Below are positions 16,782 to 16,882 of a stretch of DNA of 16,882 nucleotides, one piece after another. Positions within the stretch are counted from its first letter, which is position 1, and each line of letters starts with the position of its first letter. The position numbers and the translations under genes are program-made. Below the pieces are notes generated by a model that was given only the letters and a program-made list of their open reading frames with translations, had not been told where the DNA came from and did no database searches. This stretch comes from an uncultured bacterium (GTDB lineage Bacteria > Planctomycetota > Phycisphaerae > Sedimentisphaerales > Anaerobacaceae), in assembly GCA_913009355.1 (NCBI GenBank), contig CAJVYN010000033.1, positions 1 to 16,882 on the forward strand, in the 5' to 3' direction.

Positions 16782-16882
16782 AGATCGGAAGAGCGTCGTG
16801 TAGGGAAAGAGTGTAGATCTCGGTGGTCGCCGTATCGTTAAAAAAAAAATAAAAGAAGAAGCAGACAAAAATGGAACCAGTC
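16782..16882. other. Illumina adapter read-through followed by a poly-A/junk tail. This is an assembly artefact, not genomic sequence.
   Basis: agatcggaagagcgtcgtgtagggaaagagtgtagatctcggtggtcgccgtatcgtt (16782-16839) matches the TruSeq universal adapter reverse complement with one mismatch. It is followed by aaaaaaaaaa and low-complexity sequence to the window end. Confidence 0.9.

Noticed and set aside
16782-16868. The first 29 residues of the lspA ORF-track translation (…PRSTLFPYTTLFRS)
   Set aside because: They are encoded by Illumina adapter sequence, not genome.
1-16882. CRISPR arrays, IS elements, toxin-antitoxin pairs or defence islands
   Set aside because: No spaced direct repeats, transposase or integrase-like ORFs, or small paired ORFs were found. 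All large ORFs have housekeeping assignments.

Overview
This 16.9-kb window reads as an ordinary chromosomal housekeeping segment from a bacterial metagenome or draft assembly. It is not an obvious accessory island. I did not find a convincing novel multi-gene system, and I say so plainly.

Coding density is high, and I can assign 15 protein genes and one tRNA, in window order:
- Minus strand: a myo-inositol-3-phosphate synthase (ino1-type, GTG start), an SPFH/flotillin, a Tat-signal xylose-isomerase-like TIM-barrel protein.
- Plus strand: an aldo/keto reductase fused to a C-terminal 4Fe-4S domain.
- Minus strand: tRNA-Leu(GAG), queE, queC.
- Plus strand, divergent from queC: queF, a small N-terminal zinc-ribbon protein of unknown function, a large GT-B glycosyltransferase (glycogen-synthase-like), coaE, rho with a low-complexity N-terminal extension, valS, a DUF151/bifunctional-nuclease-family protein.
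- Minus strand, convergent with the DUF151 gene: a 5'-truncated lspA.

The last ~100 nt (16782..16882) is Illumina adapter read-through followed by poly-A. The 'N-terminus' of the final ORF is translated adapter, and the true contig ends at about 16781.

Four starts from the ORF track are better placed downstream, on RBS or promoter evidence: queC, the aldo/keto reductase, the TIM-barrel protein and the zinc-ribbon protein.

The most interesting sequence-level items are:
- A perfect 12-bp stem-loop enclosing the queF stop codon, followed by an (ACGAAAT)x3 tandem heptad repeat just upstream of the zinc-ribbon gene.
- The same heptad motif sitting over the -35 region of an extended -10 promoter for ino1.
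- A near-consensus sigma70 promoter (TTGAAT-16-TATAAT) that lies inside the ORF-track start of the aldo/keto reductase.
- A non-canonical HLGQ in place of the class-I HIGH motif in ValRS.
- A flotillin next to ino1 with no NfeD partner gene in the window.

Taxonomy cannot be fixed from the sequence alone. Tat-exported xylose-isomerase-like proteins, ino1, a Rho N-terminal extension and zinc-ribbon orphans are loosely reminiscent of PVC-group or Bacteroidota-like genomes. That is inference only.
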